Positions 19,863 through 27,469 of a stretch of DNA of 64,000 nt are shown piece by piece. The number at the start of each line of letters is the position of its first letter. The first letter of the stretch is position 1. Made by a program: the position numbers and the translations under genes. Source of the DNA: an archaeon (GTDB taxonomy: Archaea > Thermoplasmatota > Thermoplasmata > Methanomassiliicoccales > Methanomethylophilaceae); the NCBI GenBank assembly GCA_024399155.1, contig JAKSHX010000001.1:33116-97115 (forward strand). Reading direction: 5' to 3'. The notes under the pieces are model-generated. The model had not been told where the DNA came from, ran no database searches, and saw nothing but the letters and a program-made list of their open reading frames with translations.

Positions 19863-20278
19863 TGCACAACGTAAAAACAAATCGTCACCCCGTAAGCGTT
19901 CAGGGTGACTGGCTATGAAACGCATATTTGAATCAAGGCAGATATGCGTGAGCCTTATATGGTTTGCAGATATCCAAGCTTGATGTAGGCTTCGGCTGAA
20001 AGAAAACTGCGGTGATTACTATAACTGACGATTGATGTCGGTTATGGTATCACAAATTATTTGGCTGACGAAGCCACAGATGCGCCCCGGCAGAGTTTAC
20101 TGTGTCAAGGAGAATGTGAAATCTAAATAAACAGACGCTGACGAGTGTCTTGAGATATGCGAGCAAGATTTCCGCACCGCAGTTTGTGCTTGCATTATCA
20201 ACCCAATGTAAGGCTTGGTCTTACTCATTATCACCGCAGTAACGGGTCAAGGTAGCCTTGCGAGGTTGCCAAGATATA

Positions 20279-20320
20279 ACAAAAAAAAGAAGCAGAATCC
20301 TTTTACAGACTCTGCTTCTT
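20279..20320 (-). terminator. Rho-independent terminator for the minus-strand arm
   Basis: AAGAAGCAGA-N14-TCTGCTTCTT. On the minus strand it is followed by U8 (A8 at 20281-20288). Confidence 0.7.
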
Positions 20321-20390
20321 TAACAATAACAAATCATGGAGAATAGCACTCCGTTAATTATTATAACATAATTGTTATATTACGTCAATA

Positions 20391-20429
20391 AGAGACATCA
20401 GATTAATTTCTGGTGTCTCTTTTTTTTTG
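20391..20429 (+). terminator. Rho-independent terminator for plus-strand transcripts
   Basis: AGAGACATCAG-N9-CTGGTGTCTCT (two internal mismatches) followed by T9. Confidence 0.75.
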
Positions 20430-20432
20430 CGT

Positions 20433-20624
20433 TTAATAATGACCGACTTGTCCATAAGATGTGGCATAGATTTTCGCTCCACATACTGGACAAATATCTT
20501 CTTCATCTTTCTTAGGCTTGTCACAGATAAGCACCCTAATAGGACTACATGGGATCAATATACCGCATTCATTTTCTTTTAAATATACATTGCCGTTTGT
20601 TTCGATTCTAAGGTTCTTCAGCAT
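20433..20624 (-). CDS. Small zinc-ribbon-like protein
   Basis: 63 aa with a C-terminal CPVCGAKIY pair plus upstream Cys. Confidence 0.5.
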   Translation of the reverse strand: MLKNLRIETNGNVYLKENECGILIPCSPIRVLICDKPKKDEEDICPVCGAKIYATSYGQVGHY

Positions 20625-20865
20625 AATTGTTACCTCTTATATTTTGACCACGATGGTTAAACTGCGTTAGAGTCCGTCACTTGCATTAAGTGCTACGAAC
20701 GTCATTTCAATAGCTAACAAAAGCCCTATAATAAGTACTGGTGCACTTTCTAAAACTATACCAAATCTTTCTTTTATTTTTTGTCGTTATCACGCATACT
20801 CAGTCTGAATATCTGAATCGAATTCAGAAGAGTAGTGATAGTTAATATTAATAATGTTGTGTCTT

Positions 20866-21438
20866 TCATATTTCTCCCTCCAATTTATTTACTTTCTTGT
20901 AAATATAATAATAAAAACCATTATCAAAGACGTTACCTATCAAAGCGAATATAAACATCATAGTCATATCCAGCTTAAGAACTATTGATAAACTTGCACC
21001 AAGTAATGTAGCCACACTATTGACTATATTGTTGTTATTGTCATAGCGTTCCCTACTCTTTTCATCCGGGTGAACTTTTGCTCTCAGTCTTATTCCACCA
21101 TTTGCCATATTTCTCGTAACGATTGCATATATCAGTACATTAAAGATAAAGTAAAACTTTAAGTTTCCTGTAACCAACACATGAACCATCAGAATTATGT
21201 CTGCTATAGTCTCAGCAAGAACGATAATAGGATAATGCTTGTACAGCTTGTCTCCTATTTTATTCCAGAGAATGCCAAATACAACTACACCAGAACAGCT
21301 TATTATTTGTTCTGCTGAGATGTAGTTCTTGCTTACCGTCTTGAGTGCCTCGGCATAAATGTATGGGTATGATAGAGCGTAAAAGAGAGTACAGATGAGA
21401 TTCGTGACGAGCATCAGCCTTGACAATCTCTGTCTCAT
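20866..21438 (-). CDS. Integral membrane protein (about 5 TM)
   Basis: 190 aa with multiple hydrophobic helices. ATG overlaps the upstream small ORF stop (ATGA). Confidence 0.55.
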   Translation of the reverse strand: MRQRLSRLMLVTNLICTLFYALSYPYIYAEALKTVSKNYISAEQIISCSGVVVFGILWNKIGDKLYKHYPIIVLAETIADIILMVHVLVTGNLKFYFIFNVLIYAIVTRNMANGGIRLRAKVHPDEKSRERYDNNNNIVNSVATLLGASLSIVLKLDMTMMFIFALIGNVFDNGFYYYIYKKVNKLEGEI

Positions 21439-21587
21439 ACTTCACCCTCCGCATAAACCGTCTGCAATAAATTTGTCATAGCATCACCCAGACTACAAAT
21501 ATCATAGACTTCACAATCATCTTCGAAACAATCTCTTACAGATGTCATTTCGCAAATATAATAAAATTCAAAATTGTCGAAATACAT
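21435..21587 (-). CDS. Small Cys-rich acidic protein (50 aa)
   Basis: Hand translated MYFDNFEFYYICEMTSVRDCFEDDCEVYDICSLGDAMTNLLQTVYAEGEV. RBS AAGGTG. TAATG and ATGA coupling on both sides. Confidence 0.45.
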   Translation of the reverse strand: MYFDNFEFYYICEMTSVRDCFEDDCEVYDICSLGDAMTNLLQTVYAEGEV

Positions 21588-21964
21588 TATGATTCACCTT
21601 CCGTATAATGCAGCAGTTCTTCCATTGTGTTGTTCCACAGAGCATTTATATCCTTGCGTCTGTCATTGATATTAAACATACGAAGTAAATTGCTGTATAT
21701 TATATACTTATCATACTCTCTGTAGTATGTTCTAAATAAATCACCGCATATTTCTGTACAGTATTTTTTATAAGGACAATTGAAGCACCCGTTCGTAACA
21801 CAGAACGAAGTTATTTTTCCTCCGATGTATTCTTGTTTACAGTCGTATTTAGTCAAGGTTCTTTTTATGATATTGTTCAGCATCGTGTATTCTTTTGCTG
21901 TGATGTCAATATCCAGACCATTAAGTTTGAGTATAAACTTATCACCGTCTCTAATCGTATACAT
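21587..21964 (-). CDS. Hypothetical Cys-rich protein
   Basis: 125-aa ORF in the operon, containing CVTNGCFNCPYKKYC. Confidence 0.5.
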   Translation of the reverse strand: MYTIRDGDKFILKLNGLDIDITAKEYTMLNNIIKRTLTKYDCKQEYIGGKITSFCVTNGCFNCPYKKYCTEICGDLFRTYYREYDKYIIYSNLLRMFNINDRRKDINALWNNTMEELLHYTEGES

Positions 21965-21968
21965 ATCC

Positions 21969-22337
21969 TCACTCCTTCACTAACATAAATTCAGTTCCGC
22001 AGTATTCGCATTTATCTCCTAAGATTCTGCCACCACAGCAGCTACAAATTTTAGGAATGAGATGTTCTTTATGCTGCTGTATTCTCTCAGCTTTCTTACT
22101 GGTATGTATTGCCTTTTCGATCTCTGCCGTAAGGTAGTCTACCATTCGTTCTTCTGAAAACAGAACATCAATAGAAGTACGCACTTCCCATCGTAAGGTT
22201 TTTCCTGTGTTTATTGTAATCCTAAAATTCACCATACAAGAAATACAATCTTCGCTGTGAAGAAGATTCAGTTTATAATCTTTGTATTTGTGTTCAAGAA
22301 AACTAAATATATTGAATATTTTTTCAGGCTTCATCAT
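21969..22337 (-). CDS. Hypothetical protein with C-terminal zinc ribbon
   Basis: CSCCGGRILGDKCEYCGTEF at the C-terminus. Confidence 0.5.
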   Translation of the reverse strand: MMKPEKIFNIFSFLEHKYKDYKLNLLHSEDCISCMVNFRITINTGKTLRWEVRTSIDVLFSEERMVDYLTAEIEKAIHTSKKAERIQQHKEHLIPKICSCCGGRILGDKCEYCGTEFMLVKE

Positions 22338-22438
22338 ATCCAGTCTACCTCCTCACATTCACCATATAACACCTCATAAGCTTCATCCTTTGTGTAACCG
22401 AGCCTTAATAGCACCCTGACCAGATTACTATATATCAT
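22334..22438 (-). CDS. Very small protein (34 aa)
   Basis: MIYSNLVRVLLRLGYTKDEAYEVLYGECEEVDWI. RBS GAGGA. Its stop overlaps the next start (ATGATG). Confidence 0.35.
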   Translation of the reverse strand: MIYSNLVRVLLRLGYTKDEAYEVLYGECEEVDWI

Positions 22439-22622
22439 CACTGTATCCTCGAAAACTTCTCAGATATGTAACGATTGTCTTGTTATCCAGATCGCAAAGC
22501 CTGTCATCACTGTATTCGCACAGATCGTTGCAAGCTTCTCTTGTTTCCTTGTCGCAGCTACCACACTTCTCTGCTTCTTTGCAGTTGCGTTTTAATTCTC
22601 TTGCTTTCTTGTCAAGTTTCAT
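22428..22622 (-). CDS. Small Cys-rich protein
   Basis: 64 aa, with CKEAEKCGSCDKETREACNDLCEY. Confidence 0.5.
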   Translation of the reverse strand: MKLDKKARELKRNCKEAEKCGSCDKETREACNDLCEYSDDRLCDLDNKTIVTYLRSFRGYSDDI

Positions 22623-22966
22623 TCGTAATAATCTTCCTCTCTCATCATTGCTGTTAGCGTGTCGATTCTTGATTGCAGCTCTGCATTCTCACTCTTGAGA
22701 TGATCAAGTTCATTTGTATCTCCTTCAAGTCCAGTCATTGCCTTAGTTATCGTGTCGAATGATACACCGTCCGATTCAAACAGCCATTTACCGTCTTCGT
22801 ATCTGACTACAAACCACTCTCTTGTGTCTGTATATACCTCTATTGCTTCATATGAGTACCAGACTTTGTTGATAAACTTATCGCAGTATTGAATGCTCCA
22901 ATCAGGGTACAATGTCTTTAGTTGTTCTGATCTCTCTTTAAGATTCATATCAATACATTCTTTCAT
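22619..22966 (-). CDS. Hypothetical protein
   Basis: 115-aa ORF with a 4-nt overlap to its neighbours. Confidence 0.5.
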   Translation of the reverse strand: MKECIDMNLKERSEQLKTLYPDWSIQYCDKFINKVWYSYEAIEVYTDTREWFVVRYEDGKWLFESDGVSFDTITKAMTGLEGDTNELDHLKSENAELQSRIDTLTAMMREEDYYE

Positions 22967-23145
22967 AATTCGTCAGCTCCTTTACGGATGAACACACATA
23001 TACATATACAAAATATAACAGTCATAATAAGAGATAACGTGTCTGTTGTTTTATCGTATTCAAGAATCTTTGAACATGCTTCTCTAACCGTTAGAATAAA
23101 TGAACAAGTTGAAATTGCAGCAATATAATCCAATACCTTTTTCAT
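22963..23145 (-). CDS. Small membrane protein (2 TM)
   Basis: Start moved to M18 (MKKVLDYIAAIS...). Coupled to the upstream ORF through TAATATG. Confidence 0.45.
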   Translation of the reverse strand: MKKVLDYIAAISTCSFILTVREACSKILEYDKTTDTLSLIMTVIFCICICVFIRKGADEL

Positions 23146-23146
23146 A

Positions 23147-23272
23147 TTATTTATCTTTACCTTCTTTCTTTCTGTAAGACTCACATGCCTGTTCATTTCC
23201 AGAACACTGACATTTCGGATGTTCGTTTTTGAAATACCACATACATCCTTTACATTTTCTACATACTTCCAT
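23147..23272 (-). CDS. Small Cys-rich protein (41 aa)
   Basis: MEVCRKCKGCMWYFKNEHPKCQCSGNEQACESYRKKEGKDK. RBS AGGAG. Confidence 0.4.
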   Translation of the reverse strand: MEVCRKCKGCMWYFKNEHPKCQCSGNEQACESYRKKEGKDK

Positions 23273-23579
23273 TCGCCTTTCTCCTTTCTTCTATGATGTT
23301 ACAGATAAGAGGGATTTTCTTGCCGTACTCAATTGGCTCAACACATGCGTTAGTATAACCGTATGTATACTTACCCTCATCCTCAGGATAAATAAAGAAC
23401 TCCTTTCTCGTCACCCATAAAAGCATAAGACCTTTATACTCGCTTGGTCTTGGGGTACCACTCTCAATGGATGTGAGTTCACGGCCTTTGTAGATGAATA
23501 CATCGCCGGACTTTAATTCTTCTGGATAAATCATTTTCATAATATTATTGCTCCTATCAATATAGAAATGTGTGTTCAA
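23259..23579 (-). CDS. Hypothetical protein (first gene of the leftward early operon)
   Basis: 106-aa ORF downstream of the operator-controlled promoter at 23890-23918. Confidence 0.5.
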   Translation of the reverse strand: MNTHFYIDRSNNIMKMIYPEELKSGDVFIYKGRELTSIESGTPRPSEYKGLMLLWVTRKEFFIYPEDEGKYTYGYTNACVEPIEYGKKIPLICNIIEERRKANGSM

Positions 23580-23862
23580 AAATTTAAAATATCTTATATT
23601 TATTATAAATCATTATATTAGCATTGTCAACATAGAAATGTAGGTTTATTGCTTAATAAAAAATATTTGTTAATAATGCAAAAATATATATAAAAAATTT
23701 GTGGGTGTCAGTTAATAAAATAAAAATGACACCCGCTGAATTTTTGGGTGTCATTATGGCGTCAATATTTTATTTTAAGATTACACAGCCACGTAATTGC
23801 GTTGTCTCTTACTTCTTCATATAGTACAAACGAACTGTCTCGTTATTTTCTTTAAATTTAGT

Positions 23863-23899
23863 CAACGTATTAACGTGCTCCAATCGACGTATTTACGTG
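23863..23899. promoter_or_regulatory. Two operator-like pseudo-palindromes C[AG]ACGTAWW[TA]ACGTG
   Basis: CAACGTATTAACGTG (23863-23877) and CGACGTATTTACGTG (23885-23899). A third copy, CGACGTAAATACGTG, is at 60001-60015. Confidence 0.5.
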
Positions 23900-23918
23900 A
23901 GAACTGTCTTACCGTCAA
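23890..23918 (-). promoter_or_regulatory. Sigma70-type early promoter overlapped by the operator
   Basis: Minus strand: TTGACG (23918-23913), 17-nt spacer, TAAATA (23895-23890). The -10 lies inside the operator CACGTAAATACGTCG. Confidence 0.5.
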
Positions 23919-24025
23919 GATTATTATATCATATTATATCTACAAATATTTTATCGTATTTTCCTGACGGGTGTCAATTGGGTGTCACTATTTTTATGCG
24001 TGGGTGTCAACTGAACCATATAAGC

Positions 24026-25195
24026 TTAAAATAAATTATTGAGCCTAGCCACCTCAGATGTGGATTTTTCTTCTGTTAAATGAGTATAAATATCTAGTGT
24101 TGTTTTTACACTCTTATGCCCCATCCTATACTGAACATACTTAACATCAGAACCATTCATTAATAACTTAGTACAATGTGTATGTCTAAGACAATGAGGT
24201 CTAAAGACTTTTAAACCTTCATGTTTATATCTGTCCAGAAGATTGTGAACAAACTTCTGTGTAAGAATCTCGCTATCGATCTTTGATACCACAAAGAAAA
24301 AAGGATGGGTGTCATGTTCGGTGTCAGCCTGGGAGTCATATAACTCAATTGATTTATCGAGATTCATGATGTAAGACTTAGCAGAAGGATACTTCATTTT
24401 TCTTTCCTTGAGATTCTTAGCAAACTCAATAAATGTATCATCAAGGTCTATTTCTCTTACGCTGTCATACTTAGGCGATGTAAACCAAGACACTCCGTCT
24501 CTGCGAATAACCTGTCTGGATATAGTTAATTTTTTATTTTCAAAATCAATATCGTCCCATGTTATCGCAAGAGATTCGCTCAGCCTTAATCCACAATGAT
24601 ACCCGAGCATCAGCACAACCTCTAAGATATCACCTTTATATATCTTTTTAAATTCGTTTATCATAGAATCTGAGTAGTAAAAATTTGGATTGCCACGACG
24701 TTCAATAGTTTTAGGCGTTTTAGCTTCTTTAAACGGATTGTCGTTAATCAGCTTATGCCTAATCGCACATTCAAACATCATGTTGGATACGTTCTTATTC
24801 TTTCTTATAGTACTAGAAGCTAATCCTTCTGTTTTCATTTCAACAAGAAAATCTTGTGCAACATTCGTTGTAATATTACTAAGCTTGTAAACGCCAAGCT
24901 TTTTAACAAGATGTGCCTCTAATACTGCTTTGTAAGAAACGTATGTTGACCATTTTAATACATCTTGACATTCTTTAAGATATATGTCAGCAAAGTCTTT
25001 TACGCTTATATCTGAATCAGCAACGGTTCGTCCGCAATTATTATATTCTGCCAAAGCCTTGATGCCTGCAGCAAGAGCGTCTTTCTTGGTATCAAATCCA
25101 GACTTACAAACTCTTTGCCTCTTACCGTCAAGCTTTGCTCCTTCAAAATAATATTGCCATTTACTTCCACGTTTTCTTGCGTTTACTTCAGCCAT
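24026..25195 (-). CDS. int: Phage integrase (tyrosine recombinase)
   Basis: 389 aa. Boxes GLRLSESLAITWDDID (R), RPHCLRHTHCT (H-x-x-R) and RMGHKSVKTTLDIYTH (H..Y). N-terminal arm-binding/SAM-like region. Confidence 0.9.
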   Translation of the reverse strand: MAEVNARKRGSKWQYYFEGAKLDGKRQRVCKSGFDTKKDALAAGIKALAEYNNCGRTVADSDISVKDFADIYLKECQDVLKWSTYVSYKAVLEAHLVKKLGVYKLSNITTNVAQDFLVEMKTEGLASSTIRKNKNVSNMMFECAIRHKLINDNPFKEAKTPKTIERRGNPNFYYSDSMINEFKKIYKGDILEVVLMLGYHCGLRLSESLAITWDDIDFENKKLTISRQVIRRDGVSWFTSPKYDSVREIDLDDTFIEFAKNLKERKMKYPSAKSYIMNLDKSIELYDSQADTEHDTHPFFFVVSKIDSEILTQKFVHNLLDRYKHEGLKVFRPHCLRHTHCTKLLMNGSDVKYVQYRMGHKSVKTTLDIYTHLTEEKSTSEVARLNNLF

Positions 25196-25215
25196 AAATT
25201 ATCACTCCTGTAAAA

Positions 25216-25261
25216 GTTAAAAATAATGGCTGTGTAATCTATATAAGTATAACACAGCCAT
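25216..25261 (-). terminator. Hairpin/terminator between xis and int
   Basis: ATGGCTGTGT-N16-ACACAGCCAT (10-bp stem), followed on the minus strand by UAUUUUU. Confidence 0.45.
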
Positions 25262-25270
25262 AACGGATTG

Positions 25271-25432
25271 TCAATTTAAACTGTCTAAATATTTTTTTAA
25301 ATCAGACTCTCTGATTTTAAGAGAGCCGATCTTGACAGCTTTTAACTTGTTTTCATTGATTAAAGTATAGACGAAGTTTCTGTTTACCTTGAGGATTTTT
25401 GACACCTCTGACACCGTGTAAACATTTTCCAA
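25271..25432 (-). CDS. xis: Excisionase-type HTH protein (53 aa, TTG start)
   Basis: Hand translated (L/M)ENVYTVSEVSKILKVNRNFVYTLINENKLKAVKIGSLKIRESDLKKYLDSLN. This is a MerR/excisionase-family HTH pattern. RBS GGAG. Adjacent to int. Confidence 0.6.
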   Translation of the reverse strand: MENVYTVSEVSKILKVNRNFVYTLINENKLKAVKIGSLKIRESDLKKYLDSLN

Positions 25433-25446
25433 CCTAATCACTCCTT

Positions 25447-25941
25447 TTATTTTCCAGATGAACCAAGTGCTCCTGCTCCTCTTTCTGATGGGATAGCTTT
25501 AAGTTCATCATAGTTTATTTCTTCGGCTTCAAGCTGAGGTACCTCATGTAACACAAGCTGTGCGATAGCTTTAGTGTATGGGTATACAACATAATCATCC
25601 TTAAGATAATCATCATCTATTTGCTTAGTGATTACCACTGGTTTACTGTTACAGTTTGTGATAGCTATAAAGATCTCGTTTCGATAACCGGAATCGATAA
25701 CTCCAGCTGATTTCTTTATCCCTTTTGAACCAGTGCTTCCTCTTTCCTCTACTTGGAAATAGTAGTTATATGGAAGTGCTGAGGCGATGTTTGTAGGAAC
25801 GAGCTTAGTCTCAAGCGGGTTGATTATCATATATTCGTCTTCGAATGATGCATATATGTCATATCCAGCATCCTCAACTCTTTTACTTGGAATCTTATAA
25901 TCTTTACTTTTATCAACTACAGCAAATTTAATCTTATTCAT
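25447..25941 (-). CDS. dut: dUTP diphosphatase
   Basis: Motifs AGYDIYA, RGSTGSKG, DSGYRNEI and a C-terminal glycine-rich tail RGAGALGSSGK. Confidence 0.85.
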   Translation of the reverse strand: MNKIKFAVVDKSKDYKIPSKRVEDAGYDIYASFEDEYMIINPLETKLVPTNIASALPYNYYFQVEERGSTGSKGIKKSAGVIDSGYRNEIFIAITNCNSKPVVITKQIDDDYLKDDYVVYPYTKAIAQLVLHEVPQLEAEEINYDELKAIPSERGAGALGSSGK

Positions 25942-25969
25942 TTTTTTGTTTATCCTTTCTTTTTCTTAT

Positions 25970-26560
25970 TTAATTAAACCACCTTATTACTGTATCTCCT
26001 TTGTAGCCCTTTTCCCAAATAAACCATGCATAAGCCAAAGCCCCAACATTCTTTTTCCCCTCTGGGCTATCGTCACCATTTTTATAACAATTAATTCTTC
26101 CAGAAGCTACATATATGTATCTTGGGGGATATTCGTCAAATAATTTTCTTCTTGCTTTGCCTTCTAAAAAGTTTAATCTAAGAAACATGGCTACCATATG
26201 CTTATCAGTAATTGAGTTAATCGCTTTATAACAGAACTCAGATGCCAAACTGTATGGTGGGTTGGTAATTATATCGCCATCAAAAACTTCGTTTGAGGCT
26301 AAGAAATCGACCCCCCCCATTCCGTAACCTCTATCAACTAAATCAGTAGATTTAACACAATAGCCATACTCACGTAACGTTTCGCTAAGATGTCCAAGTC
26401 CACAAGCAGGCTCCCATATATTTCTTGAAAATTTGATTAGAGGCATTAATTTTTTAATTGCTATAGGATCAGTTGTATAAAAATCATTTACTGCTCTATC
26501 GTTATCAGAATGGTTTGAGGAGCCGAGCGTTACAAATACTTTATGATTACTTTCTGACAT
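25970..26560 (-). CDS. DNA N6-adenine methyltransferase
   Basis: Catalytic ITNPPY motif and SAM-binding-like IWEPACGLGHL. Confidence 0.75.
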   Translation of the reverse strand: MSESNHKVFVTLGSSNHSDNDRAVNDFYTTDPIAIKKLMPLIKFSRNIWEPACGLGHLSETLREYGYCVKSTDLVDRGYGMGGVDFLASNEVFDGDIITNPPYSLASEFCYKAINSITDKHMVAMFLRLNFLEGKARRKLFDEYPPRYIYVASGRINCYKNGDDSPEGKKNVGALAYAWFIWEKGYKGDTVIRWFN

Positions 26561-26569
26561 ACTACCTCC

Positions 26570-26767
26570 TTATAATTTCTTAATGTTGAGTAGAATAATA
26601 ATGAGTGCTGCCGCTGTAAGAATGAACGCTGTTATTGTCGGACAGAATACCTCAAGCCATGAGTAATTGACTTTGCCGATTATTTTCATGGTAATTAATA
26701 TAGCCTGAACTGCTGTAATAGACATTAAGCTAATTGCTATTGCACTGTCATCTTTACGCTGTCTCAT
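26570..26767 (-). CDS. Small membrane protein (2 TM)
   Basis: 65 aa with two hydrophobic helices. Confidence 0.45.
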   Translation of the reverse strand: MRQRKDDSAIAISLMSITAVQAILITMKIIGKVNYSWLEVFCPTITAFILTAAALIIILLNIKKL

Positions 26768-26792
26768 TTAAATCATCCCTCTCATTAATAGT

Positions 26793-26984
26793 TTACACTT
26801 CGACCTTCTGGAATCTCTGGCAATGACAGAAACCTGGCTCGTCCTGCTCTTTAAACATCTTGCATGGACATTTCGAATCTTCTGTCTTTTCAATACGACA
26901 TGGACAGTAGCCAGAATTATTATTTACTGCCTCTGTTACAGCATCATATTCATTTGGATCTGGATTCTTAATAATCTTTAACAT
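26793..26984 (-). CDS. Small Cys-rich protein resembling the ferredoxin-thioredoxin reductase catalytic subunit
   Basis: CPCRIEKTEDSKCPCKMFKEQDEPGFCHCQRF follows the CPC-X-CPC-X-CHC Fe-S/disulfide pattern of FTR-B. Confidence 0.45.
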   Translation of the reverse strand: MLKIIKNPDPNEYDAVTEAVNNNSGYCPCRIEKTEDSKCPCKMFKEQDEPGFCHCQRFQKVEV

Positions 26985-27469
26985 ACTATTACACCTTTCT
27001 GATTATCACTTGCGAGCATAACGCCGAGCACTTCGTCACGATGTGGTTCTTGCTCAGGAATATATCTACCAAACTTAAACACCAAGTTGTCAAACTTTTT
27101 TATAAGGGCAAGATATGGTTCAACTTCTTCTTCTGTATATCCTGTATATATCACAATGGGGTCATTACATCCATGCTCTCTAAAGTGTATTATTAGTTCT
27201 AACACTTCTTCTTTTTGGAGCATTGGCTCAAGCCCAGCTATTACTATAGCTTCAGAAATTGGATTATTGATATACCTACGGAAAATATTCTCCGTAGATA
27301 TATCAATTGTCGGCATTGAAGCTATCTCATTATTCTGACATACAGACTCAGAGATGTTTGCTTCACGGCAACACTTCCAATCACAAAAACAAGTGGCAAT
27401 AAACATACTAGGTTTTTTGTAATTAACAAAATCCTCGTCGATAATGCTCTTAACTCTCATATTAATCAC
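26978..27469 (-). CDS. nrdG: Putative anaerobic RNR activating protein (NrdG-like)
   Basis: 163 aa, overlapping the nrdD 3' end. Cys cluster CFCDWKCC near the N-terminus. The call is mostly positional. Confidence 0.55.
   Translation of the reverse strand: MINMRVKSIIDEDFVNYKKPSMFIATCFCDWKCCREANISESVCQNNEIASMPTIDISTENIFRRYINNPISEAIVIAGLEPMLQKEEVLELIIHFREHGCNDPIVIYTGYTEEEVEPYLALIKKFDNLVFKFGRYIPEQEPHRDEVLGVMLASDNQKGVIVC

Larger units (their letters stand above)
19869..20429 (+). ncRNA. Large structured non-coding RNA candidate (about 560 nt, family unknown)
   Basis: No ORF of 60 aa or more on either strand. GC-rich core compared with the flanks. Many hand-foldable helices: 19884-19890/19903-19909; 19920-19927/19942-19949; a 17-bp hairpin at 20012-20053; long-range 20007-20016/20230-20239. 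Ends at the plus-strand terminator 20391-20429. Confidence 0.55.
23703..24009. other. attP-like region with six GGGTGTCA arm-type repeats
   Basis: GGGTGTCA at 23703, 23746, 23969, 23980 and 24002, plus an inverted copy at 23727-23734. Lies directly downstream of the integrase gene. Confidence 0.6.

Noticed and set aside
20025-20144. Hammerhead ribozyme cores (three CUGACGA, i.e. CUGANGA, motifs) in the large RNA candidate
   Set aside because: No correctly spaced GAAA / stem II / stem III / UH cleavage-site arrangement could be built around any of the three copies.
23779-25239. 13-bp inverted repeat GATTACACAGCCA (23779-23791 / 25227-25239) flanking the integrase gene as cassette ends
   Set aside because: About 60 exact 13-mer matches are expected by chance in a 64-kb window when both strands are counted. 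The copy at 25227 is better explained as one arm of the xis-int terminator hairpin.
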